Program-made: the position numbers and the translations under genes
Shown here: positions 29,001 through 38,809 of the stretch, piece after piece
How positions within the stretch are numbered: position 1 is the stretch's first letter
Layout: each line of letters starts with the position of its first letter
NCBI GenBank assembly: GCA_024690865.1
Contig: JAILON010000012.1
Span: 5,478 to 69,477, forward strand
Length of the DNA stretch: 64,000 nt
DNA from: Treponema sp.
GTDB taxonomy: Bacteria; Spirochaetota; Spirochaetia; Treponematales; Treponemataceae
Reading direction: 5' to 3'
The notes under the pieces: generated by a model
What the model saw: only the letters and a program-made list of their open reading frames with translations
Databases searched by the model: none
Told to the model about the DNA's origin: nothing

Positions 29001-29849
29001 ATGCGGACGGAAAAGGAGATGCTGGATATAATCCTCGGCACCGCGCGGGATGACGCAAGGATTCATGCGGTGTACATGAACGGCTCGCGGACAAATCCCA
29101 ATGCCCCCAAGGACCGCTTTCAGGATTACGACATCGTGTATGTTGTGGACGAGACTGAATCGTTCATCCGCGACAAGGGGTGGGTACGGCGCTTCGGCGA
29201 AATCTCGTTCATGCAGTACCCGGACGAGTCGCCCGACTATCCGAGCGACAAGGCCAGTTCCTACGCATGGCTTATGATGTTCACCGACGGGAACAGGCTG
29301 GATCTGACGGTAAAGACGGTAGCCCATGCGAAGAAGAACGTCCTGGAAGACAGCCTGTGCGTCGTGCTGCTGGACAAGGACGGTACCCTCCCCCCGGTCC
29401 CTGAATCATCCGACCTGATCTACCGTGTCAAAGCTCCGTCGCAGGAGCAGTTCAGCAGTAGCTGCAACGAATTCTACTGGTGCCTCAACAACGTCGCGAA
29501 GGGCCTGTGGCGGGGCGAGGTACCCTATGCGCAGGATATGCTGAATTTCGTGGTGCGGAAGCAGCTGGAGAAACTGCTGTCGTGGAAAGTCGGCGTGCTG
29601 ACCAGCTATTCCGTCAGCGTCGGAAAGTCCGCGAAGTATATGTACCGATGGCTTACGGCAGAAGAATGGCAGTCCTATCTGGACACTTACTGCGGTGCTG
29701 ATATCCCCGCGATGTGGCAGTCAGTGGAGACGATGTGCACCCTGTTCCTGGACACCGCGCGATGGCTTGCGGGCAGATGCGGCTTTGAGTTCAACCAGAG
29801 CGAGGCGGACAACAGCCTCGCATATATCAAAGGAGAGTTGGCGATATGA
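29001..29849 (+). CDS. aminoglycoside 6-adenylyltransferase family protein (AadE/AadK-like)
   Basis: MRTEKEM, MNGSRTNPN..D.FQDYDIVY, DGNRLDL, CNEF.W and SVGK..KY motifs. Confidence 0.9.
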   Translation: MRTEKEMLDIILGTARDDARIHAVYMNGSRTNPNAPKDRFQDYDIVYVVDETESFIRDKGWVRRFGEISFMQYPDESPDYPSDKASSYAWLMMFTDGNRLDLTVKTVAHAKKNVLEDSLCVVLLDKDGTLPPVPESSDLIYRVKAPSQEQFSSSCNEFYWCLNNVAKGLWRGEVPYAQDMLNFVVRKQLEKLLSWKVGVLTSYSVSVGKSAKYMYRWLTAEEWQSYLDTYCGADIPAMWQSVETMCTLFLDTARWLAGRCGFEFNQSEADNSLAYIKGELAI

Positions 29850-30415
29850 AAGACGTGTATGAGCTGTGCCCGGACTTTGAGAGCGGCAAGTGGCTGCTCC
29901 GCTTCGTCAGGAAGGAGGATGCGGCGGACCTGCTTGCCGTCTACGGCGACAAGAACGCGCTGCCCTTCTTCAACAGCGACAACTGCCACGGGGACAACTT
30001 CTATTACAACACGAAGGAAAAGATGGACAAGGCCATCGACTTCTGGCTGTATTCATACGAGCAGAAATACTTCGTCCGCTGGACGGTCATCGACAAATCG
30101 GCAGGAAAGGCGGTGGGAACGATAGAGCTCTTCCACCGTCCGGCGGGCGCGGACTTCGGTGACGTGGGGCTCATCCGGCTTGACGTAGGCAGCGGCTACG
30201 AGCGGGCTGAGCCGCTGAAGGAAATCCTTTCCCTCATAATACCCCCCGCCTTTGAGCTGTTCGACTGCGACGAGATAATCTCCAAGGTTCAGCTGTACGC
30301 GGTGGAGCGGACTGAGGCATTCGCGGGCTACGGCTTCACGAAGACCGACACTTGCCTGATTGGCGGGAACGACGGCTACGCCTACAACGGCTACTGGACG
30401 CTACGGAAGAAGTAG
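29846..30415 (+). CDS. GNAT-fold protein
   Basis: LLRFVRKEDAADLLAVY..FNSDNC..VRWTVID..VGTIE. Confidence 0.75.
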   Translation: MKDVYELCPDFESGKWLLRFVRKEDAADLLAVYGDKNALPFFNSDNCHGDNFYYNTKEKMDKAIDFWLYSYEQKYFVRWTVIDKSAGKAVGTIELFHRPAGADFGDVGLIRLDVGSGYERAEPLKEILSLIIPPAFELFDCDEIISKVQLYAVERTEAFAGYGFTKTDTCLIGGNDGYAYNGYWTLRKK

Positions 30416-30429
30416 GGGAGTCTTGTGGG

Positions 30430-31446
30430 ATGGAAGCTAACAAAGGCAACATTGCAATTTATCAGTCTCAGGACGGAAGCACTAGGATAGACGTAAAGTT
30501 TGAGGACGAAACCGTCTGGCTCAGTCAACAGCAGATGGCAACCTTGTATCAAACCTCAAGAACAAATATTGTAGAGCATATCAAGCATATCTACGAGGAA
30601 GGAGAGCTTGAGGAAAGCGCAACCTGTCGGAATTTCCGACAGGTTCAAACAGAGGGAAAAAGGCAGGTATCCAGAGAAATTCCGTTTTACAACCTTGATA
30701 TGATAATCTCCCTTGGCTACCGCGTAAAATCACTCATTGCGACACAATTCCGCAGATGGGCGGCGGAGCTTTTAAAAGAATACCTGAAAAAAGGCTATAT
30801 CCTCAATGACAAAAAACTGAAGGACCTTGGCGGTGGCGATTATTGGAAAGAACTTCTGGATAGAATCCGCGACATCCGCTCCAGCGAAAAGGTAATGTAC
30901 CGTCAGGTGCTTGATTTGTATGCGACAAGCGCGGATTACAATCCTAAAAGTGCCGAAAGCATTGCGTTCTTTAAAATGGTGCAGAACAAACTACATTATG
31001 CCGTGCATGGGAATACTGCCGCGGAAGTCATTTATAACCGCGCAGATGCGGAAAAGGAGTTTATGGGTCTTACAACTTTTGAAGGTGATTTTCCGACAAA
31101 GAAGGATGTCGTAATTGCGAAGAATTACCTTACGGAAAACGAACTGAAAGTTTTGAACAACCTTGTATCGGCATACTTTGATTTGGCAGAAATCAATGCA
31201 ATGGAACATAAGACCATGTACATGAGCGATTATGTCGAGCATCTTGACCGTATTCTTTCTGGCACAGGGAAAGCTGTTTTGGAAAATGCGGGGAAAGTAA
31301 GCCACAAACAGGCGGTTGAAAAAGCAGAAACTGAATACAGGAAGTTCATTCAGAAAAATCTATCCCCTGTAGAAAAAGAATATTTGGCCACAATAAGGAT
31401 GCTTGAAAAAGATGCAAAAGCTTCAAAAGACAAAGGAGCCTATTGA
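30430..31446 (+). CDS. virulence RhuM family protein
   Basis: ETVWLSQQQMA, YNLDMIISLGYRVKS, IRDIRSSEK and QNKLHYA motifs. Confidence 0.92.
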   Translation: MEANKGNIAIYQSQDGSTRIDVKFEDETVWLSQQQMATLYQTSRTNIVEHIKHIYEEGELEESATCRNFRQVQTEGKRQVSREIPFYNLDMIISLGYRVKSLIATQFRRWAAELLKEYLKKGYILNDKKLKDLGGGDYWKELLDRIRDIRSSEKVMYRQVLDLYATSADYNPKSAESIAFFKMVQNKLHYAVHGNTAAEVIYNRADAEKEFMGLTTFEGDFPTKKDVVIAKNYLTENELKVLNNLVSAYFDLAEINAMEHKTMYMSDYVEHLDRILSGTGKAVLENAGKVSHKQAVEKAETEYRKFIQKNLSPVEKEYLATIRMLEKDAKASKDKGAY

Positions 31447-32204
31447 TGGAATACAGGAAGATATTCGACACGATACCCGAGCAGTTTGACAGGTACCGGC
31501 CCCGCTACTCCAAGGATCTGTTCGACAGTTTGATACGCGCGGCGGGAATCGGGCCGGGAAAACGTGTGCTTGAGCTGGGGCCGGGCACGGGGCAGGCGAC
31601 CGAGCCGGTGCTGGACACGGGCTGCGACTACCATGCGATAGAACTGGGGGAGCACCTGTACGCGAAGATGCGGGAGAAATACGGAAACCGGCCCAATTTC
31701 CACATTGTGAACGACGACTTCATCACGCACGACTTCGGCACGGAGAAGTTCGACATAATTTATTCCGCCGCGACAATCCAGTGGATTCCCGAGGCCGTCG
31801 CCTTCTCCAAGACCTACGGCCTGCTCAATCCCGGTGGGACGCTCGCGATGATCCTGATAGACGGCGACTACAAAAGCCCGAATGAGGCATTGTACGATGA
31901 CATCCAGAAGGTCTACGACGCGTACTTCAAGCCGGAGGTACTGTACAAGGACATGCGGGGGCCGTTCGACTACCGGCACGCGACGGACTACGGTTACGCC
32001 AGCTTGGAGCGGCGGGATTTCCACGGGGAGCGGGTCTTTACCACTGATGAGTACATTGCGTTCTGCGGGACCCACTGCGACCACATCGTCATCCTCGAGC
32101 CATACAAGACGAAGTTCTTCGCGGGGCTCAAGGATGCTGTGGATGCCCACGGGGGCCGCATCGTGTTCCATGATACATACACGCTGTATCTGGCGAAAAA
32201 ATAA
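31446..32204 (+). CDS. class I SAM-dependent methyltransferase
   Basis: RPRY, VLELGPGTG and LLNPGG motifs. Confidence 0.9.
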   Translation: MEYRKIFDTIPEQFDRYRPRYSKDLFDSLIRAAGIGPGKRVLELGPGTGQATEPVLDTGCDYHAIELGEHLYAKMREKYGNRPNFHIVNDDFITHDFGTEKFDIIYSAATIQWIPEAVAFSKTYGLLNPGGTLAMILIDGDYKSPNEALYDDIQKVYDAYFKPEVLYKDMRGPFDYRHATDYGYASLERRDFHGERVFTTDEYIAFCGTHCDHIVILEPYKTKFFAGLKDAVDAHGGRIVFHDTYTLYLAKK

Positions 32205-32217
32205 GGGGGCATCTGAT

Positions 32218-32991
32218 ATGGCAAGAATCGCGATAGTGACGGGAGCGACGGGCGGAATAGGCGCCGAGTTCGTCCGGGAAATCAGTTCGAACGCCGCGTA
32301 TGCGGACATCGATGAGATTTGGGCGGTCGGACGGAACAGGGACAGGCTTGAGTCCCTGCGGGCGGCCTCTGCGAAGGTCGTTGCCGTGGAGGCCGATCTG
32401 GCGGCAGACGGGAGCAGCGTGATTGCCCGCAGGCTTGAGGAATCCGCCCCGGACCTGCGCCTGCTCGTCAACAACGCAGGGACCGCCTACATGGGCCCCT
32501 TCGAGAAGATGGGGGCCGGGCAGGTCGAGGGGATGTGCACTGTCAACTGCAGATCCCTTGCCTCGCTCACGGCGGAATCTCTCCCTTATATGCGCGAGGG
32601 GGCGGGAATCGTGAATGTCGCTTCGGCAGCGTCGTTCCAGCCAAACCCCTACCTGAGCCTCTATTCGGCGAGCAAGGCCTTCGTCAGGCAGCTGTCGCGT
32701 GCCTTGGCCGTGGAACTGAAAGACCGGGGCATAGTTGTCACCTGTGCATGCCCGGGCTGGGTTGACACGGGGATGCTTCCGCGGGAGAAAGACGGGATGA
32801 AGATACGCTACCCTGGCATGATAAGCCCCGCCCAGGTCGCACGGAAGGCGCTCGCGGACAACAGGAAGGGGATGGATATGTCGGTCCCTTCCTTCTTCGC
32901 ACAGTTCTGCAGGCTCTATTCCAAATGGATGCCGACGAAGCTGGTTATGACGCAGTGGTCGCGCATGATAGCAAAATATGTGGACTCGTAA
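32218..32991 (+). CDS. SDR family oxidoreductase (DltE-like)
   Basis: TGATGGIG, NNAG and YSASK motifs. Confidence 0.9.
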   Translation: MARIAIVTGATGGIGAEFVREISSNAAYADIDEIWAVGRNRDRLESLRAASAKVVAVEADLAADGSSVIARRLEESAPDLRLLVNNAGTAYMGPFEKMGAGQVEGMCTVNCRSLASLTAESLPYMREGAGIVNVASAASFQPNPYLSLYSASKAFVRQLSRALAVELKDRGIVVTCACPGWVDTGMLPREKDGMKIRYPGMISPAQVARKALADNRKGMDMSVPSFFAQFCRLYSKWMPTKLVMTQWSRMIAKYVDS

Positions 32992-32998
32992 GGTATAT

Positions 32999-33667
32999 AT
33001 GGGAAAAAGGGGAATAAGAGAATGGATGTGCAGGTCCGTGATTCTGGTCATAGGCTTGGTCATCGCCCACTTTGGGGTTACGTTCTTCCTGTTGTCGGAT
33101 CTGGGCGCGGATCCTTTCAACGTTTTCGTGCAGGGACTGTTCAGGAATATCGGCCCTCTGTTGCCGGAGGGCATGCTGACGCACGGCAGAACCCACATGG
33201 CGATGTGCCTCCTGCTCATCTTGATTTTCCTCGTCGCCGACAGAAGCTACGTCAAAATCGGTACCATCATCTGCATGGTATGCGGCGGCCCGATAATAGA
33301 CTTCTTTACCTGGCTTCTCGGCTGCTTCCTTGCAGACAGTCTTCCGCTCTGGGGCAGGATCCTGATGCTGGTGCTGGGCTGCGTCATACTGGCATACGGA
33401 ATGACGATCGTGATACAGTCAGACGCGGGGACCGGCCCGAATGACTTGGTCGCGGTCGTCATATCGGACAAGACAAAGAAGAAGTTCGGGATTGTCAGGC
33501 TGCTGGTGGACGGAGTGTTTGCGGCGGCCGGGATGCTTTTGGGGGGCGTGATCGGCGCGGGAACGCTCGTGTGCATTGCCTTGGTCGGCCCGGTGGCGGG
33601 CGTGTTCCTCCCGGTCAACGGAAAGCTTGTTGAGCGGATGTGCAGATGCGCAGGTTGCCAGGAGTGA
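32999..33667 (+). CDS. YczE/YitT family membrane protein
   Basis: LGADPFNVF, GTII, GTGPND and GAGTL motifs; multiple TM helices. Confidence 0.85.
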   Translation: MGKRGIREWMCRSVILVIGLVIAHFGVTFFLLSDLGADPFNVFVQGLFRNIGPLLPEGMLTHGRTHMAMCLLLILIFLVADRSYVKIGTIICMVCGGPIIDFFTWLLGCFLADSLPLWGRILMLVLGCVILAYGMTIVIQSDAGTGPNDLVAVVISDKTKKKFGIVRLLVDGVFAAAGMLLGGVIGAGTLVCIALVGPVAGVFLPVNGKLVERMCRCAGCQE

Positions 33668-33736
33668 TGAACGGAGCTCTGTGCTGCCCTGAAACGCCGC
33701 CTGGAAAAGCCCCTCCTGCTTGTCCCGGCGCACGGT

Positions 33737-34918
33737 TCAGCCTTTCAGCATGAAGCGGCGGGCGACCGCTATGCCGATCCGGTAGGGGAGGGGTCGCAGG
33801 GCACGGTCGGCCTTTTTCAGTTCCGCCCGTATGGCGATGTTCTGCGGGCAGTGCTGCTCGCATTTGCCGCAGCCGATGCACTGGCTTGCAAACGCGCTCT
33901 GCTTCCTTAATCCCACCGTCTGGGCGAACTCGAAGCGGCCCGCGCTCTTCCGCTCGGTGAACATCTCGTTGTAGCAGCGGAATATCCCCGGGATGTCAAC
34001 GTTCTTGGGGCAGGGCATGCAGTAGCGGCAGGCCGTACAGTTGACCTTTACTTTTGCGCGTATTTCCTGCCGCAGCCGGTTGATGAATGCAAGGTCCTCC
34101 TCGGTAAGCTCGCCTGCCTGCGCCTGGGCCGCAACCCGGCAGTTCTCCCAGATCATGTCGAGCGAGTTCATGCCGCTGAGCACGCAGGAAACGCCCTCCT
34201 GGTTGTACAGCCAGCGGAAGGCCCACTCCGCGGAGGTCCAGTTCCGGGGATGGCCGGCAATCAGCTTTTTGGCGGCTTCCGGCAGCAGGTTCACCAGCTT
34301 GCCGCCACGGAGCGGCTCCATCACGACGAGGGGGATTCCCATCCGGTGGCACTCTTCGACCCCGGCCCTGCCCGCCTGGCTGTGCTCGTCCATATAGTTG
34401 TACTGGACCAGGCAGATGTCCCAGTCGTAGTCGTGCAGGATTTTCAGGAACATCTCGCTGTCCCCGTGGAAGGAAAATCCGATGTTCCGTATTTGTCCGG
34501 CCTTCTTTTTTTCCGCAATCCATTCGGTGATGCCAAGTTCCTTCAGCTTTTCCCATGCGGCAATGTCGGTCAGGTGGTGCATCAGGTAGTAGTCGACGTA
34601 ATCCGTCTGTAGGCGGAAAAGCTGCTCGTCAAAAAAGCGGTCCAGGGCCTTCCTGCTGCCGACGAGGTACTGGGGAAGCTTTGTCGCAATCTTGATTTTG
34701 CCGCGCAGTCCGTTGCGTGCGACTATCGTGCCGAGCGTGGCTTCGCTTCCCGGATAGATGTAGGCAGTGTCAAAGTAGTTGACTCCGGCCCGCACGGCCT
34801 CAAGGATTTCCGCCTCGGCCTTGTCGATGTCAATTCCACCGGCTCTGCTGCTGAAACGCATGCAGCCATAGCCGAGGAGCGAAATCTGCTCACCCTTCCT
34901 GTCCGTTCGATATTGCAT
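33737..34918 (-). CDS. aldo/keto reductase with C-terminal 4Fe-4S domain
   Basis: LGYGCMR, YFDTAY, MEPLRGG, CTACRYCMPCP and CIGCGKCEQHCP. Confidence 0.92.
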   Translation of the reverse strand: MQYRTDRKGEQISLLGYGCMRFSSRAGGIDIDKAEAEILEAVRAGVNYFDTAYIYPGSEATLGTIVARNGLRGKIKIATKLPQYLVGSRKALDRFFDEQLFRLQTDYVDYYLMHHLTDIAAWEKLKELGITEWIAEKKKAGQIRNIGFSFHGDSEMFLKILHDYDWDICLVQYNYMDEHSQAGRAGVEECHRMGIPLVVMEPLRGGKLVNLLPEAAKKLIAGHPRNWTSAEWAFRWLYNQEGVSCVLSGMNSLDMIWENCRVAAQAQAGELTEEDLAFINRLRQEIRAKVKVNCTACRYCMPCPKNVDIPGIFRCYNEMFTERKSAGRFEFAQTVGLRKQSAFASQCIGCGKCEQHCPQNIAIRAELKKADRALRPLPYRIGIAVARRFMLKG

Positions 34919-35016
34919 GGTTTTCCTCCGTTCCCATCTTAGCACGGCGGGACCTGTTGGTGAAGTGGCGGTGTGTTGTCCAACAGTCTGCTTCTACTCC
35001 GCTGGATGGGAAGCGG

Positions 35017-35121
35017 GTTTAAAAAAGAAAGCGGCCTGTGGTGAAATGAAAAAAAACCACAGACCGCCAAAAAAGGAGGCAAGGCATATTGATAATGGAG
35101 ACTACATGCCTTGAAAACATT
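35017..35121 (-). ncRNA. putative small RNA or attenuator leader
   Basis: TTGCAA-17-TAATAT promoter (35156-35128), 5' hairpin, CCTCCTTTT, then a strong hairpin with T run. Confidence 0.45.
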
Positions 35122-35350
35122 AAGAGAATATTACCATGGAAAGTATTTTTTTGCAAGTACTTTAGAAAAAAAAATTTTTTATGCCTGCCCCATTGCGTTT
35201 CTCTGTGGCCGCCCTGTGGCCATCCGCCTTTTCTGAGCTTCTCTTGCCTGCCTGCCACCCTCTGTGGGCCTCCTGTCCTTCTGCGATCCTCTGCAGAAAA
35301 AAGCCTTCGGAGGCATGAAAGAAGCCCCGCCTTGTGCTATAATGGTTTTG

Positions 35351-36379
35351 ATGAAAGACATAACGCTTGGCAGTACGGGGATTCGTTCCCTACAGAACGG
35401 TTTTGGTGCGCTTCCCATCCAGCGGGATTCTACGGAACAGGCGGTTGCCCTCCTGCGCAGGGCATACGAAGGGGGCATGACCTTCTTTGACACTGCCCGC
35501 CTCTATTCCGACAGCGAGGAAAAGGTCGGCATTGCCTTCCGGAGCATGCGGGACAAAGTGTACATCGCGAGCAAGACGATGGCGAAGACGCCCGAAGCCT
35601 TCCGCACGGACCTTGCCACCTCGCTTGAAAAGCTCCAGACCGACTACATCGACGTGTACCAGTTCCACCAGGCGGGGCAGTGCTACCGGTCCGGCGACGG
35701 CACGGGCATGTACGAGTGCATGGAAGAGGCAAAGCGGGCGGGAAAAATCCGCCACATCGGGATTACCGCCCACAAGATTTCCGTCGCGGAAGAGGCCGTC
35801 CGCTCCGGCCTCTACGAAACGCTCCAGTATCCGTTCAGCTACCTCGCTTCCCAAAAGGAGCAGGAGCTTGTCACCCTCTGCCGTGAAAAGAACGTGGGGT
35901 TCATTGCGATGAAAGGGATGGCGGGGGGCATCATAACCGACAGCCGGGCGGCAATGGCCTTCATGGCACAGTTTGACAATGTGATGCCTATCTGGGGCAT
36001 CCAGCGGGAGTCGGAACTGGACGAATGGCTTTCCTATATGGCGGACACGCCGGCTCTGACGGCGGAATGCTCTGCTTTTATAGAACGGGAGCGGGCCGAA
36101 CTTGCGGGCGACTTCTGCCGGGGCTGCGGCTACTGCATGCCCTGTCCCGCAGGAATCCAGATCAACAACTGCGCCCGCACCTCGCTCCTGTTGCGACGTG
36201 CCCCCTCTGCCACCTGGCTTACGCCAAAATGGCAGGAGGAGATGGCCAAGATAGAGGGCTGCCGGAACTGCGGGGCCTGCGCCTCCCGCTGCCCCTACGG
36301 GCTGGACACCCCCGCCCTGTTGCGGAAGAACTGGGCGGACTACCAGGCGGTCCTTGCCGGAAAGGTCAATGTAGGCTAG
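35351..36379 (+). CDS. aldo/keto reductase with C-terminal 4Fe-4S domain
   Basis: GFGALPIQR, FFDTAR, AMKGMAGG, CRGCGYCMPCP and CRNCGAC..CP. Confidence 0.92.
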   Translation: MKDITLGSTGIRSLQNGFGALPIQRDSTEQAVALLRRAYEGGMTFFDTARLYSDSEEKVGIAFRSMRDKVYIASKTMAKTPEAFRTDLATSLEKLQTDYIDVYQFHQAGQCYRSGDGTGMYECMEEAKRAGKIRHIGITAHKISVAEEAVRSGLYETLQYPFSYLASQKEQELVTLCREKNVGFIAMKGMAGGIITDSRAAMAFMAQFDNVMPIWGIQRESELDEWLSYMADTPALTAECSAFIERERAELAGDFCRGCGYCMPCPAGIQINNCARTSLLLRRAPSATWLTPKWQEEMAKIEGCRNCGACASRCPYGLDTPALLRKNWADYQAVLAGKVNVG

Positions 36380-36394
36380 GGGCTGCGGTCGGGC

Positions 36395-36931
36395 TTAGGC
36401 GCCCATGTCGCGCTTGAGTGCGGACAGGGCCTCTCGCAGTCCGTCAGGAATCCCTTCCACCGGGGAGGGGGCTTCCTGTCCGCCAGACGACCGCCCGGCT
36501 TTTTCCAAAGCCGCTTCTTCTTTTGCAAGCCGCGTTTCGGCCAGGCCGCGGGCTTCCTCCGCGCTGTAGGCTTCTCCGCCGACATTGCCCCGCTTCCCGG
36601 CTACGCGGAAGGCAAGGGTCTGCACGCCCATGTCCGGAGCGAACATGGAGAGGCCCTTGAGTATGAAATTCTTGCGGAGCTGGAGAAGCTCTATCCATCC
36701 GGGATGGTCGGCCTCTACGAGGAGGACGCCGTTCTTGAGGTCCACTACGCGGGAACGGGCGGCGAGGTTTGCCCCCTCGTTGGGGTTCGTACTGCTCTTT
36801 ATGCCGAGCAGGACCTTGCGCCAGACGGCAAAGACTTTGCCCGCCTGCCTGGCGTCCGGGCTGCTCAGGCCGTCAAAGACCCCTCCCAGGACGGACGAGA
36901 TGGCCTTTATCTCCTGTTCATCGGCAGGCAC
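36395..36931 (-). CDS. DUF721/DciA family protein
   Basis: W..V...LAARSRVVDLKNGVLLVEADHPGWIELL pattern. Confidence 0.75.
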   Translation of the reverse strand: MPADEQEIKAISSVLGGVFDGLSSPDARQAGKVFAVWRKVLLGIKSSTNPNEGANLAARSRVVDLKNGVLLVEADHPGWIELLQLRKNFILKGLSMFAPDMGVQTLAFRVAGKRGNVGGEAYSAEEARGLAETRLAKEEAALEKAGRSSGGQEAPSPVEGIPDGLREALSALKRDMGA

Positions 36932-36976
36932 GGCAGTTCCCCTCCGTCCGGGCAGGTGCTTGAGGTGAATTTAGAC

Positions 36977-37025
36977 CGGTTCCAAAAGTCCGCTGCACCG
37001 AAGTTGCGGGGACTCCTCGAAGCCG
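36977..37025. repeat. palindromic dispersed repeat (copy A)
   Basis: 37/49 identical, ungapped, to 61467-61515. Confidence 0.75.
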
Positions 37026-37035
37026 CCCCCTATGG

Positions 37036-37932
37036 CTAGACATACACCTCTTCTTTGGAGGCCGTCTTGCCGCAGGATTCTTCCGGCACCGTGCGGCAGA
37101 CGCGGAAGCCCAGCGTGCTGCTTTTTCCGACGGGGCCGCTCGCGCTGCGGAAGTAGACCGTACACTGCTGGGGGTCGTCCAGCCAACTGCCACCGCGCTT
37201 GACGTGCGTGTCGCCGATGTTGGAGCCGTGGGGGTTCATCATGGCCTTTATGGGCAGCTCGCCCATGTAGTCCCAGCACCATTCCGCAACGTTTCCGCAC
37301 ATATCGTACAGGCCCAGGCCGTTCGGCTTCTTCGTGGAGACGTCGTGGGTCGTTGCATTGCTGTTTTCCCCATACCAGGCGACCTCGCTTATGTTGCTTC
37401 CGCCCGCGAATTGGTTGATGTCCGTGTTCTTGCCGCCCCGTGCCGCATATTCCCACTCAGCCTCGGTTGGCAGGCGGTAGCCGTTTGCGGTGAAGTTGCA
37501 GACGACCCGCTTCCACAGGGGGCTCTTGCTGTCGAACTTGGTCAGGTCAGTCGCGTTGCCTATGCTGAAGCAGGGGGTCATCCCTTCCTTTATGCTCAGG
37601 AAGTTGCAGTAGATGAGGGCCTCGCACCAGTTGACGCATTCCACCGGCCTGTCGGGCCCGACAAGCTTGGCGGGGTTGCTTTTCATTATATGGCTGTACT
37701 GCCGCTGGGTGACGGGAGTGGCTCCCAGCTCGAAGGGGGAAAGGGTTATCTTGCGGTTTACCTCGTTCAACCCCATCGGGAAGGTCCCCCCCGCGACCAG
37801 CACCATTTTGGGAATATCGCTGCTTTCAACCGCAGCCTTCGACTCTCCACTGCCTTCCGCTATGGGCGAACCGCAGTGCGGGCAGAACTTGAAACCGTCA
37901 GCCACAGTGGCTCCACACTTACTGCAAACCAT
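37036..37932 (-). CDS. zinc-ribbon + FGE-sulfatase (SUMF1) domain protein
   Basis: CSKC..FCPHCG, YRLPTEAEWEYAARGG, GLYDMCGNVAEW, RGGSW and GFRV. Confidence 0.92.
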   Translation of the reverse strand: MVCSKCGATVADGFKFCPHCGSPIAEGSGESKAAVESSDIPKMVLVAGGTFPMGLNEVNRKITLSPFELGATPVTQRQYSHIMKSNPAKLVGPDRPVECVNWCEALIYCNFLSIKEGMTPCFSIGNATDLTKFDSKSPLWKRVVCNFTANGYRLPTEAEWEYAARGGKNTDINQFAGGSNISEVAWYGENSNATTHDVSTKKPNGLGLYDMCGNVAEWCWDYMGELPIKAMMNPHGSNIGDTHVKRGGSWLDDPQQCTVYFRSASGPVGKSSTLGFRVCRTVPEESCGKTASKEEVYV

Positions 37933-38086
37933 ATCTTTTACCTCGTGAGTTTTCTACTTATATATCAAGTATACCACAAGCTTGCCAAAAACAAAAGGAA
38001 CTGGATTGACTTTTTTGTGAAAAGTGGGAAAATAGAGGAAAGTGGCCCGTGGAAGGCCGCTCTGAATCCGAGGAGAATTGAGTTCG

Positions 38087-38392
38087 ATGACCATCACAGA
38101 AGAAAAAAACGAAGCAAATGCAAACCTTATCCTTGCCATCTCAGGCAGGCTTGACACGACTACGGCCCCTGAGCTTGAGGCGAAGCTGAAGGATATCCCC
38201 AAGGGACTCAAGGCCCTCTTCTTGGACATGAAGGCCGTGGAGTACATTTCCAGCGCCGGGCTGCGCGTCGTCCTGATGGCCCACAAGATGATGGTCGCGA
38301 CCGGCGGGTCCATGGCCGTCCAGAATCCCTCCGATTTCTGCCGCCAGGTCTTCGAGGCCACCGGCATGGATTCCGTCCTGAACATCATCTAG
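38087..38392 (+). CDS. STAS domain anti-sigma factor antagonist
   Basis: GRLDTTTAP and YISSAGLRV motifs; GAGGAG upstream. Confidence 0.92.
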   Translation: MTITEEKNEANANLILAISGRLDTTTAPELEAKLKDIPKGLKALFLDMKAVEYISSAGLRVVLMAHKMMVATGGSMAVQNPSDFCRQVFEATGMDSVLNII

Positions 38393-38588
38393 GAAAAGTC
38401 CCCCTGCCCCCCGTTTCGATTTCTAGGAACAGCCTCATCTGCCGCCACCTTCGTCTGGCTTTTGCTGCCGGACAGAGGGGGATTTGTATGCGGGCCGCCT
38501 CGCCCGTTGTGCCAACATTTATGTGGTCGCCCTATAGACAAAAGTTAATTCTATATTATAATAGACACATACATCGTTTCGAACGAAA

Positions 38589-38782
38589 AAGGAAAAAGAT
38601 TGAAAAAACGGGCAAAAGTACTTGACACGCAGGGCGTTCTCCGCATAATTGACTGCGGACTGCGGACTGCGGACTGCGGACGGGACTACTACGCCCTTCT
38701 AAATAATACCAGCGAAACACATCCCCTATATCCTCATGAATTGCCCCGGAGGGCACGGTCAACCGTGTTCCTGGGGCTTTTT
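38589..38782 (+). promoter_or_regulatory. promoter + (GACTGCG)4 + leader with terminator-like hairpin
   Basis: TTGACA(38622)-16-CATAAT(38644), 7-bp repeat 38651-38678, hairpin 38743-38777 followed by T5. Confidence 0.7.
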
Positions 38783-38809
38783 ATATGTATCTTATTTCAA
38801 AGGAGAAGA

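Noticed and set aside
28351-33667. Integron cassette array
   Set aside because: Intergenic gaps are too short for attC sites, with no repeated elements and no integrase.
37036-37932. Diversity-generating retroelement target (FGE/CLec fold)
   Set aside because: I found no reverse transcriptase and no adenine-variant template copy of the 3' end in the window; remote targeting cannot be excluded.
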